From Malacoraja senta (Eukaryota), in NCBI GenBank assembly GCA_038087875.1, contig JAXLNO010000122.1, forward strand, positions 1 to 32,497: 32,497 nt of DNA. The letters run 5' to 3'. The position numbers and the translations under genes are program-made. Below the pieces are notes generated by a model. It ran no database searches, was not told where the DNA came from, and was given only the letters and a program-made list of their open reading frames with translations. Positions 1 to 10,279 of this stretch are shown one piece after another. The first letter of the stretch is position 1; every line of letters begins with the position of its first letter.

Positions 1-210
1 TCTCTGCCTCCTAATCCCATTTTCCTATCTTCTCCCCATAACCCTCGACACCCGTTCTATTCAAGAATTTGTCTATCTCTGCCTTAAAAATATCCACTGA
101 CTTGGCCTCCACAGCCCTCTGTGGCAATGAGTTCCACAGATTAATTACCTCTGACTAAAGAAGTTCCTGCTCACCTCCTTTCTAAAAGAGCGCCCTTTAA
201 TTTTGAGGCA
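1..210 (-). mobile_element. CR1-type LINE 3' fragment
   Basis: Reverse complement resembles the ORF2 C-terminus (RNFFSQRV.NLWNSLPQRAVEA) of other CR1 copies in this window. Confidence 0.85.
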
Positions 211-311
211 ATGATGCCACAGCAAGCATCCTCTCGTAGTTTCAGTTGATGGAATATATGCTGCAGAATGTTGTCAGATTAGCCAAACACCAGTGCTTGG
301 TCTGCCAACAT

Positions 312-658
312 ACTGGATCTTCCAGTTGCTCACCATTTTAGCTGCCCTTCACATTCCCATCATAAGTTTTCTGTCCTCAGCCTCCTCCATTGCCAGAGTG
401 AGGCAACACATAAACTGGAGAAGCAGCATTTCATCTACCACTTGGGTAGTTTACAACCTAATGATATGAAGATTGAAATCACTAACTTCTCTCCTAGTTT
501 TCTCCCTCCTCCCGATCACCATCAATCTGAAGAAAGGTCTTGACCCAAAATATCACCTATCCATGTTCTCCAGAGATTCTATCTGTCTGACCCATTGAGT
601 TACTCCAGCACTTTGAGTCTTTTTTTGTAAACCAGCATCTGCAGTTGCTGGTATTTCC
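312..658 (+). mobile_element. Penelope-like element 3' remnant (endonuclease-domain C-terminus plus 3' UTR with degenerate hammerhead motif)
   Basis: Translates to LPVAHHFSCPSHSHHKFSVLSLLHCQSEATHKLEKQHFIYHLGSLQPNDMKIEITNF, typical of the PLE GIY-YIG C-terminus. It is followed by CTGAAGAAAGGTCTTGACCCAAAATATC at 527-554. Confidence 0.75.
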
Positions 659-1049
659 TATACAAGCAGTTGGCTTAAAACTTTAAGAAATTGGCATCCA
701 TATAGAAGGTAGAAAGACAGGCAGCAGGACTTCCTGTTTAGAACATCTCAGTAAACCTTACCCCAGCACAAATGTTACAAAAAATTAGGCCCAAAAGTGG
801 AACTGAGCATCACGGAATAAGCCAGTTCGGTATTCCGAAAAACGCAAGGAATCAGGGGATTTGGCAAAGGTCATTCGAGAATTTTTTTTAAAAAACGAAC
901 GGGATACCTGGTAGTGGGGAGAGCGGGGTGTAACAGAGAGAGAGAGAGGGGGGGGGCAGATGCAAGTGGGAGACAGGGAGAGACGGTGAGAGGTGGGGGA
1001 AAGAGGTTTCAGTTAGACAAACAACCACTGGTAAAGCCATGGCTCGTTG

Positions 1050-1795
1050 CTTCTAGGAGAACGGAGAAAATGTCCTCAATCGACAGAATGCAACTTCAGA
1101 AACCTCTCGTCTCCACCGCGCTGGAGATTTCCGCTGGTGCAAGGAACAAATGACCTAAAGTTTGCGTTGAGTGAACTGAGTGTTCTTACCGTCCTCGTCG
1201 TACACCGGCGTTTTGTGAGAGTGGTTGTATCCCGGGATCCAGGGATGGAGGAGTCAGCGGCCGACAGACAGGTGAGCGGGCCACGGTAGCTGGTGCCTCT
1301 CCCTCCACTCACTCGCCGCTGGAAGAAGTGATACCTCTACACCCCGGGTCGAGAGCTGCCTCCTCCATCCCGCTGCTCAGCGGCAGCTGACTAGGATCCC
1401 ACAGCATCACCGATGCCTCACATCAGCTCCTGTTCCCCCCCCCGCCCGCCTGTCTGTCTGTCTGTCTGTCTGTCCGGATAATGTGACCGACGTTGGTTGA
1501 GCTGATGCTGGGATCCAACCACTCTCACAAAACGCCGGTGTCCGGCGGCGAGAATGTTAACAACACAGTTCACTCAACGCAAACTTCAGGTCCTTTGTTC
1601 CTTAGTTGCGCCCGTGGAAATCCCCGCTCCCATCCATCCCAACCACGCACACACACACGTCTAATGTGTAGGTGGTGTGAAGGAGGCTCTTCTATCCACA
1701 GGTCCGCGGACGGGAGTGTCGGTCGGTCCAGGCCCGCAGGCAGTGCGGAGGGGAGACGCCGGTGGGGTTGAGCTGGAGTTGGTGCTTCTTTTCCG
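1050..1795. promoter_or_regulatory. CpG-rich island, possible promoter or first-exon region
   Basis: CpG density is visibly higher than in the rest of the window. GTGAG-type donor motifs occur on both strands (+1272; - ~1312). Confidence 0.4.
1450..1474 (+). repeat. (CTGT)6 microsatellite
   Basis: Direct reading. Confidence 0.9.
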
Positions 1796-1796
1796 C

Positions 1797-2425
1797 TAAC
1801 AAGAGGATTTCAGTATAAGAGTAAAGAGGTTCTTCTGCAGTTGTATAGGGCTCTGGTGAGACCACATCTGGAGTATTGTGTACAGTTTTGGTCTCCTAAT
1901 TTGAGGAAGGACATCCTTGTGATTGAGGCAGTGCAGCGTAGGTTCACGAGATTGATCCCTGGGATGGCGGGACTGTCATATGAGGAAAGATTGAAAAGAC
2001 TGGGCTTGTATTCACTGGAGTTTAGAAGGATGAGGGGGTTCTTATAGAAATATATAAAATTATAAAAGGACTGGACAAGCTAGATGCAGGAAAAATGTTC
2101 CCAATGTTGGGCGAGTCCAGAACCAGGGGCCACAGTCTTAGAATAAAGGGGAGGTCATTTAAGACTGAGGTGAGAAAAAACGCTTTCACCCAGAGAGTTG
2201 TAAACTTATGGAATTCCCTGCCACAGAGGGCAGTGGAGGCCAAATCACTGGATGGATTTCAGAGAGAGTTAGATAGAGCTCTAGGGGCTAGTGGAGTCAA
2301 GGGATATGGGGAGAAGGCAGGTACGGGGTACTGATAGGGGTCGATCAGCTATGATCACAATGAATGGCGGTGCTGGCTCAAAGGCCGAATGGCCTCCTCC
2401 TGCACCTATTTTCTATGTTTCTATG
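1797..2425 (+). mobile_element. CR1 LINE, 5'-truncated (ORF2 C-terminus, 3' UTR, TTCTATGT tail)
   Basis: [19 protein letters not shown]...QRVVNLWNSLPQ with a frameshift near 2040, followed by the octamer tail. Confidence 0.92.
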
Positions 2426-3032
2426 ATGGGCCAGCGCCCCGCCGGGACAGGCAGAGTTGGAACCGGCACCAAACCCCCCGGCCCGGGGCCGCCCCAGACG
2501 GGACACTCGGGAGGGGACGGAGACGGGGACGGCCCAGCGGCGGCTGGATAGGGACAAGACGCAGGTCTGCATTCATCCAGTGGCACGGCCACCACCAGTG
2601 TTTAGCCCGAGCCACCTATGACCTGTGCATTCACAGTCGGAATACCGAACTGGCTTATTATAAATCGCTTTAGCGATAACATGGGACTCTACCTAGGCAT
2701 GCTTATATTTAACATGTTTGCATGAATGGCCCTCAGACGCTTAGTCAATCTGTCCCAGCCGTCCACAATACCCTTGCTCCTGTGTTTTGGGATTTGTAAT
2801 GTGGGTCAGGCACTGTGCTGTTGGCTGTGTATTGGAAGGAAGTCTGTGCGGTGGGATAGTGTGCAGGCTTCTGCCATTGACAATGTCTGAATGTATCACT
2901 GGGCTGGGGGTTGGAGTTGTGGGTGAGACCCCCTCTATCTCTGATGACCTTCCCTGCACCGACAGCCCTCCTTGCTCTCTGACGGCACACCTCACACTCC
3001 TGAACCGGGACGATTCAGGCTCCTATATCTTA

Positions 3033-3140
3033 CTAGACTAAGTCCCAGTCACACGGGAGGCATGGTTCCCCCGACGCAATATTCCACTACTCACCCATAG
3101 CCCCTAACTTCCCCTCATCCCCCAGCACTCCCTCACCCTC
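3033..3140 (-). mobile_element. Helitron 3'-end fragment (hairpin deleted)
   Basis: Matches the reverse complement of the Helitron end at 19230-19311 (CTAGACTAAGT...CACACGGGAGG...ACGCAATATTCCAC). Confidence 0.65.
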
Positions 3141-3142
3141 AT

Positions 3143-3458
3143 GGGGAGGGGAGGAGTGAAGTGGGGTGTGTGGCGGGTGTGTGGGGTGGGAGGGGAGGTG
3201 TGTATGTGGGCGGGAGGGGGGAGTGTGTGGGCAAGGGAGAGTGTTTGCACGGGGGAGCGGTGTGTGGATGGGGGGAGGGGATGAGTGGGAAGGGGGTTTG
3301 TGGGGGGAGCGGTGTGTGGGTGGGAGGGTTTGTGTGGGAGCGGTGTGTGGGTGGGAGGGTTTGTGGGGGAGGGGTGTGTGGGCGGGGGGGTTGTGGGGGA
3401 GGGGTGTGTGGGCGGGGGGGGGGGTTGTGGGGAGGGGTGTGTGGGCGGGGGGGAGGGG
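3143..3458 (+). repeat. G-rich degenerate minisatellite (GGGGGAGGGGTGTGTGGGCGGGGGGGTTGT-like), G-quadruplex prone
   Basis: Direct reading of many G3+ runs. Confidence 0.85.
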
Positions 3459-3664
3459 TAGAGAGCTCGGAGAAAATACAGGGGAAGAGCCAAGGGGGAG
3501 AAGGGGGTATCACGGGAGCCAGCGAGGGGGACCAGAGGGGTAGTGGCTGGAATTGGCAGTGCGATGGGGACTCACAGTGGGCGCTGGTCGTTCTCCTACG
3601 CTGGGATCAGAGTCTCCGCTTTCCGTTTGTCGACATCGGTGACATCTCCGACTCAACTCCATAC

Positions 3665-4611
3665 ACCCTCCTCCCAACACAACCCCAACCCTGCCCTTCC
3701 CCCCACAACCCCCCTCCCCCACACAACCCTCCCCCTCCGGCCCCCACACACCAACCCCGCCCCTCCCCCCACAACCCCCTCCCCCCCACAGGGTCTTGGT
3801 GAGACCACACCAGGAGTATTGCGTACAGTTTTGGTCTCCAAATCTGAGGAAGGACATTATAGCCATAGAGGGAGTGCAGAGAAGGTTCACCAGACTGATT
3901 CCTGGGATATCAGGACTTTCATATGAAGAAAGACTGGATAGACTTGGCTTATACTCGCTAGAATTTAGGAGATTGAGAGGGGATCTTATAGAAACGTACA
4001 AAATTCTTATGGGCTTGGACAGGCTAGATGCAGGAAGATTGTTCCCGATGTTGGGGAAGTCCAGGACAAGGGGTCACAGCTTAAAGATGAGGGGGAAATC
4101 CTTTAAGACCGAGATGAGGAAAAACCTTTTCACACAGAGAGTGGTGAATCTCTGGAACTCTCTGCCACAGAGGGTAGTTGAGGCCAATTCATTGGCTATA
4201 TTTAAGAGGGAGTTAGATGTGGCCCTTGTGGCTAAAGGGATCAGGGGGTATGGATAGAAGGCAGGTACGGGATACTGAGTTGGATGATCAGCCATGATCA
4301 TATTGAATGGCGGTGCAGGCTCGAAGGGCCGAATGGCCTACTCCTGCACCTATTTTCTATGTATCTATGTAACCCCAACCCCGCCCCTCCCCCCACAACC
4401 CCCCTCCCCCACAAACCCTCCCCCCACAACCACGCCCCTCCCCACACACCAACCCCGCCCCTTCCCCCACACCCTCCTCCCCCCACAACCCAAACCCCGC
4501 CCCTCCACAAACCCCCTCCCCCACACAACCCTCCCCTCCTCCACCCCCATCTCACCCCACAACCCCAACCCTCCCACCACAACCCCCCCTCTTCCACACA
4601 ACCCCTCCCCC
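3665..4611 (+). repeat. C-rich degenerate minisatellite (ACAACCCCCCTCCCCC-like), interrupted by the CR1 at 3794-4370
   Basis: Direct reading. Units resemble the reverse complement of the 3143-3458 array. Confidence 0.8.
3794..4370 (+). mobile_element. CR1 LINE, 5'-truncated
   Basis: ORF 3796-4257 [19 protein letters not shown]...QRVVNLWNSLPQ, then 3' UTR and (T/A)TCTATGT tail. Confidence 0.92.
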
Positions 4612-4724
4612 GTTAAAATAAAATAAAAAAGTTAAAATAAAAATGAAAAGGTTATTAAAGTATCATGTAGGCTAGCCGTAAATGAAAAAAACGTACAAAT
4701 TAAGGATGTTTCATTCTAAATATA

Positions 4725-4730
4725 TTTAAT
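4725..4730 (-). terminator. Candidate polyadenylation signal (ATTAAA) of the SUN gene
   Basis: Lies ~140 nt downstream of the stop codon and is followed by T-rich sequence on the minus strand. Confidence 0.35.
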
Positions 4731-4867
4731 ATAAAATAATTATGAATAATTTAAAACACTATAAACATTTATGACAGAAATTGACATTGTTGTGGGAATT
4801 CAACTTTGAATCCAGATTACGTAGAGGTTGTTAGTGTTGCAGAGTGCGGGGCAGCCGAGCTCCAGAA

Positions 4868-4980
4868 TCACATCACTGGTTCTCCGTGGACACGGAACGG
4901 TAGAGGCAAGTGTATTCTGGATTGCCCCAGTTGTTATTGACCCGCAGTTCAGTGAATTTGTAAACGGCAGCATCTTTATT
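4868..4980 (-). CDS. SUN2: SUN-domain gene, last coding exon (frameshifted)
   Basis: tttttgcttttag|NKDAAVYKFTELRVNNNWGNPEYTCLYR, then a 1-bp shift restores FRVHGEPVM*. This is the hallmark SUN C-terminal motif NWG.PEYTC.YRFRVHG. Confidence 0.9.
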
Positions 4981-5366
4981 CTAAAAGCAAAAAAAACATG
5001 ATGACAGATCAGGGAACCTGTGCTTCAGTATGAAAGTACTGTACGCTGGAGAGAAGATGGATTAGCTACAAACCAGAATTCAAACATCCTGTTGATCATG
5101 GATTTCAGGACATTCTATTCAATAATATACAGCGTTGATAACAAGCATTTTATCATGGAAAAGGTAGATGTTTTACAGAGGTATAAGGGGAACATGGATC
5201 TCAAATGACAGCAGGAAATACTGGGAGCAACAGCTTTACTCATGTAGCATCGTGGATGAGGAGAGAACATGCTTACTTACACAGGCTTGCTTTGTGGAAA
5301 CTGACAAATTGTGAATAAAGTGGCCATGAAAAATAAACTTCTATTCTGGAAAGATAAAATGCTGGA

Positions 5367-7731
5367 GTTCACAAGATTGATCCCTGGGATGGCGGGACTG
5401 TCATATGGGGAAAGATTGAAAAGACTAGGCTTGTATTCACTGGAGTTTAGAAGGATGAGGAGGCTCTTATAGAAACATATACAATTGTAAAAGGACTGGA
5501 CAAGCTAGATGCAGGAAAAATGTTCCCAATGTTGGGCGAGTCCAGAACCAGGGGCCAGTCTTAGAATAAAGGGGGGGGGGGGGGGTCATTTAAGACTGAG
5601 GTCGGAAAAAACGTTTTCACCCAGAGAGTTGTGAATTTATGGAATTCCCTGCCACAGAGGGCAGTGGAGGACAAATCACTCAATGGATTTAAGAGAGAGT
5701 TAGATAGAGCTCTAGGGGCTAGTGGAGTCAGGGGATATGGGAAGAAGGCAGGCACGGGTTATTAACCATATAACCATTACAGCACGGAAACAGGCCATCT
5801 CGGCCCTTCAAGTCCGTGCCGAACATCATTTTTTTTAAATTAAAAAAAAATAATAATAATACATCCCCCTAGTCCCATCTACCTGCACTCAGACCATAAC
5901 CCTCCATTCCTTTCCCGTCCATATACCCATCCAATCTATTTTTAAAGGATAAAATCGAACCTGCCTCCACCACTTCCACTGGAAGCTCATTCCACACAGC
6001 TACCACTCTCTGAGTAAAGAAGTTCCCCCTAATGTTACCCCTAAACTTCTGTCCCTTAATTCTCAAGTCATGTCCCCTTGTTTGAATCTTCCCTACTCTC
6101 AATGGAAAAAGCTTATCCACGTCAACTCTGTCTAACCCGCTCATAATTTTAAAGACCTCTATCAAGTCCCCTCTTAACCTTCTGCGCTCCAAAGAATAAA
6201 GCCCTAACTTGTTCAACCTTTCTCTGTAACTTAGTTGCTGAAACCCAGGCAACATTCTAGTAAATCTCCTCTGTACTCTCTCTATTTTGTTGACATCCTT
6301 CCTATAATTAGGCGACCAAAATTGTACTCCATACTCCAGAATTGGCCTCACCAATGCCTTGTACAATTTTAAGATTACATCCCAACTTCTATATTCAATG
6401 CTCTGATTTATAAAGGCCAGCACACCAAAAGCTTTCTTTACCACCCTATCTACATGAGATTCCACCTTCAGGGAACTATGCAGTTATTCCTAGATCCCTC
6501 TGTTCAACTGCATTCCTCAATTCTCTACCATTTACCATGTACGTCCTATTTTGATTTGTCCTGCCGAGATGTAGTACCTCACATTTATCAGCATTAAACT
6601 CCATCTGCCATCTTTCAGCCCACTCTTCCAAATGGCCTAAATCTCTCTGTAGACTTTGAAAATCTACATTATTATCCACCACACCACTTATCTTAGTATC
6701 ATCTGCATACTTACTAATCCAATTTTCCACACCATCATCCAGATCATTGATGTACATGACAAACAACAGTGGACCCAACACAGAACCCTGAGGCACCCCA
6801 CTAGTCACCGGCCTCCAACCTGACAAACAGCCATCCACCATTACTCTCTGGCATCTCCCATTCAGCCACTGTTGAATCCATCTTGCTACTCCACCATTAA
6901 TACCCAACAATTTAATCTTCTTAACCAACCTTCCATGAGGAACCTTGTCAAAGGCCTTACTGAAGTCCATATAGACAACATCCACTGCTTTACCCTCATC
7001 AATTTCCCTAGTAACCTCTTCGAAAAATTCTAGAAGATTAGTCAAACATGACCTTCCAGGCATAAATCCATGTTGACTGTTCCTAATCAGACCCTGCTTA
7101 TCCAGATGCTTATATATAATACCTCTAAGTATCCTTTCCATTAATTTGCCCACAACTGACGTCAAACTAACAGGTCTATAATTGCTAGGTTTACTCTTAG
7201 AACCCTTTTTAAACAACGGAACAACATGCGCAGTACGCCAATCCTCTGGCACTATTCCCGTTTTTAATGACATTTGAAATATTTCTGTCATAGCCCCTGC
7301 TATTTCTACACTAACTTCCCTCAACGTCCTCGGGAATATCCTGTCAGGACCTGGAGACTAATCCGTTTTCATATTTTTCAAAAGTGTCCGCACCTCCTCT
7401 TCTTTGAATCTCATAGTTTCCATTGCTACTCTGCTTGTTTCCCTTACCTCACATAATTCCATATCCTTCTCCTTGGTGAATACCGAAGAAAAGAAATTGT
7501 TCAATATCTCCCCCATCTCTTTTGGCTCTGCAGATAGCTGTCCACTCTGACTCTCTAATGGACCACTTTTATTCCTTGTTATCCTTTTGCTATTAATATA
7601 GCTGTAGAAACCCTTTGGATAGGGGACGATCAGCCATGATCAATAGGGGACGATCAGCCATGATCACAATGAATGGCGGTGCTGGCTCGAAGGGCTGTAT
7701 GGCCTCCTACACCTATTTTCTATGTTTCTAT
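5367..7731 (+). mobile_element. CR1 LINE 3' fragment (5367-5763 plus 7618-7731), split by a younger antisense CR1
   Basis: Same subfamily as 1797-2425. Its 3' UTR resumes at 7618 where it was interrupted. Confidence 0.85.
5765..7619 (-). mobile_element. CR1 LINE ORF2 (reverse transcriptase), 5'-truncated, frameshifted
   Basis: YRPVSLTS, QHGF, DFSKAFD, GVPQGSVLGP and YADD motifs. A 2-bp deletion near 6478 relative to the 20651-22693 copy. (AACCATAT)-type tail. Confidence 0.95.
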
Positions 7732-7845
7732 GGAGTAACTCAGTGGGTCGGCAGCATTCCTGGACCTGCCTGACCTGCTGAGTTACTCCAGCATTTTGTG
7801 TCTTTCCTTGGTAAACCAGCATCTGCAGGTTCTTGTTTCTACAAT
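7732..7845. mobile_element. Penelope-derived palindromic short element (left end at 5351-5368)
   Basis: GGAGTAACTCAG...CTGAGTTACTCC inverted arms. Same family as the UTR at 560-658. Confidence 0.6.
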
Positions 7846-8125
7846 CTGTAATCTGGATTGGTTCAGCAAGTTTGAACTTGTAGATGCTTCAAGTAGATCA
7901 GCCACTGATCCAGCTCTCCTCAGTTTCCCTATCTCTGCATCTGAAAACATGTTTATCCTTGACCAGATTGCATGAATGGTCAATTTAAAAAGTATCTCTG
8001 CGCACCTGCTGCCTGACCCGAGTATTTCTAGCATTGTGTTTCAGTCCTCCATCACCTGCAGATTTGCAATTTTCTATTTGTAACTTGTCATTTGTTCCAG
8101 TCAATCCGATATTTCCGATAATACG

Positions 8126-8265
8126 AGTCTGAAGAAGGGCCTCGACCTGAAATGCTTCCCATTCCTTCTCTCCAAAGATGCTGCCTGTCCCACTGAGTTA
8201 CTACTGCATTTTGTGTTCATCTTCAGTGTAAAGCATCTGCAGCATCAACATTTCCTTCTTACACA
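8126..8265 (+). mobile_element. Penelope-derived short element with degenerate hammerhead motif
   Basis: CTGAAGAAGGGCCTCGACCTGAAATG...CTGAGTTACT...AGCATCTGCAG. Confidence 0.6.
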
Positions 8266-8392
8266 ATGCGCTATTTGCAAATCACAAACTCCTGACATAT
8301 TTGCCAAATATATTTAATCTTCAGCAAAAGACACATGTGAGAGAACTTACTGACAGTCCATCTGATCCCATGGGTCAGATCTTACAGCGAAG

Positions 8393-8509
8393 ACAGGTAC
8401 GGGATACTGAGTTGGATGATCATCCATGATCATATTGAATGGCGGTACAGGCTCGAAGGGCCGAATGGCCTACTCCTGCACCTATTTTCTATGTATCTAT
8501 GTATCTATG
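8393..8509 (+). mobile_element. CR1 3' UTR and tail fragment
   Basis: Near-identical to 4262-4370. Confidence 0.85.
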
Positions 8510-8819
8510 ACCCATGAGCATTACTGAAGGGGGCTGCAAATCTGTTCAGTTGAGAAGGGATCAGCTGCCAGCAAGATTGGGGGAAGGGGGTTGGGCAGGA
8601 ATCTACAATAGGGCCTCCATTGTAAGTCTTAGCTGATCAGTGGTGCAGGAACAAGAATGATTGGGGTTAGATCTTGGGGATCAAGAGGCCAGTACAGGGC
8701 CCACCTTAGGTTCCAACCAGTGTTGCATTGTGAATGGGGAAAGAAATTGTGGAGAACAATACATCCAGAATGAAGGAGCTCGGTGAAATTAGCATAAGTA
8801 AAACAAAAAAGCATTGGGG

Positions 8820-9260
8820 GAAATAAAGCAACTAAAGATGATAAATCCCCATGGCTGGACAAACTGCATCTTAATATTTTGAAAGATGGCTATAGCAACA
8901 GTGGTTGTCATCTTTCAAAATTCCATAAATTGTGGAACTTTCCCCACAAAACAGAAGGTAGAAAATTCCAGAAAGGAGGGAGATTAAAAAATGGAAAGTT
9001 TCAGATCAATCTGCCTTTTAGAGTTATGGAAAATAATGCAATCTATTAATACAGGATTAGTAACATGATGCTTCAAATAAATAGGCTGGGTAGGGTCAAG
9101 TTGATTTACAATGACAAATGTTTGACAAATCCATTCAAGTTTTTTTTAAGGTTTTAACTAGCAGGGGTAAGGGTGTGTATTTAGACATTCAGAAAGTGTC
9201 CTACTAAGTCCCATTAATAATTTGGACGAAAGGATCAAAATGTATAGAAGTTTGCTAACC
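8820..9260 (+). mobile_element. Ancient degenerate CR1 ORF2 fragment
   Basis: Decayed DKSP.LD.LH, IFQNS and KCLTN motifs. Confidence 0.5.
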
Positions 9261-10279
9261 AAAGCAGGGTGGCTGTGTGAGCTGAACAGGATTAGGAGAG
9301 GCTTCTTTGGATAATGACAGGTTAAATGAATGAGCAGGGACATGCAGATGAAATATCATGCAGAAAAATGGTTGGAAGAAACACAAACAAGTATATTCTT
9401 TATGAAACAGTATCCTGGGCATGATCAACTTGGTTGAACGTCTGTGGCAATGCCCCAAAAGAAGAAAGAAGGACAAAACCCTGCAAAGACCAATGCGGAG
9501 ACAACATCAGATGCACAACGGGGACAATCACAGTAAATACTGCAGTTTCCAGAGTAAAAGGGATTTCAAGACACTGCATGAAAACATCACCGTGCCAGAA
9601 TTTCAAGCATTAGTTGTCTTCACTTGAGTTCATCCCCATTACCTCACTGGTGGCTCCTGGATCATGTGATTGATCTTTGCCACCTTGATCTCCATTACTG
9701 GAATTAATCAGCTTGGCATTCTATAAAGCCTTTGCCTGAAGCAAATATGTTTTAAGTTAGAAAAGGGTGGCACGGAGGCTCAGCGGTAGAGTTGCTGCCT
9801 TACAACTCCGGGTTCCAGAGTTTGTACATTCTCCCCATGGGTTTTATAGACAATAGATAATAGACAATAGGTGCAGGAGTAGGCCATCCGGCCCTTCGAG
9901 CCATTCAATGTGATCATGGCTGATCATTTTCTCCGAGATCTTCGGTTTCCTTCCACACCAAATACTGGTTTGTAGGTTAATTGTGTTGGTATAAATGTCA
10001 TTTGTCCCTCCTGTGGGTCTTGTGAGTCTGTGGAATTCTCTACCACAGAGGGCGCTTCTCTGGATACTTTCAAGAGAGAGCAAGATAGAGCTCTTGAAGA
10101 TAGCGGAGTCAGGGGATATGGGGAGAAGGCAGGAACAGGGTACTCATTGTGGATGATCAGCCATGATAACATTGAATGGCAGTGCTGGCTTGAATGGCCA
10201 TTTGGCCTACTCCTGCACCTATTGTCTATTGATAGTGTTAGTGTGCGGGGATTCCTGGTCGCTGGTCGGTGCGGACTAA

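Larger units (their letters stand above)
816..2659. repeat. Degenerate inverted duplication (arms 816-838/2637-2659 and ~1120-1235/~1508-1626)
   Basis: A 23-bp perfect inverted match (AATAAGCCAGTTCGGTATTCCGA) and a ~120-bp inverted match (CAACCACTCTCACAAAACGCCGGTGT...CAGTTCACTCAACGCAAACTT.AGGTC.TTTGTTCCTT). Confidence 0.85.

Noticed and set aside
816..2659. DNA transposon bounded by 23-bp TIRs
   Set aside because: No target-site duplication and no transposase remnant. Weak similarity continues outside the pair.
1000..3700. GET4 or GTPBP1 exons (usual SUN1/SUN2 3' neighbours)
   Set aside because: No matching peptide recognised in any frame.
3104..4626. Long Gly/Pro/His-rich ORFs on both strands
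   Set aside because: By-products of G/C low-complexity arrays that lack stop codons.
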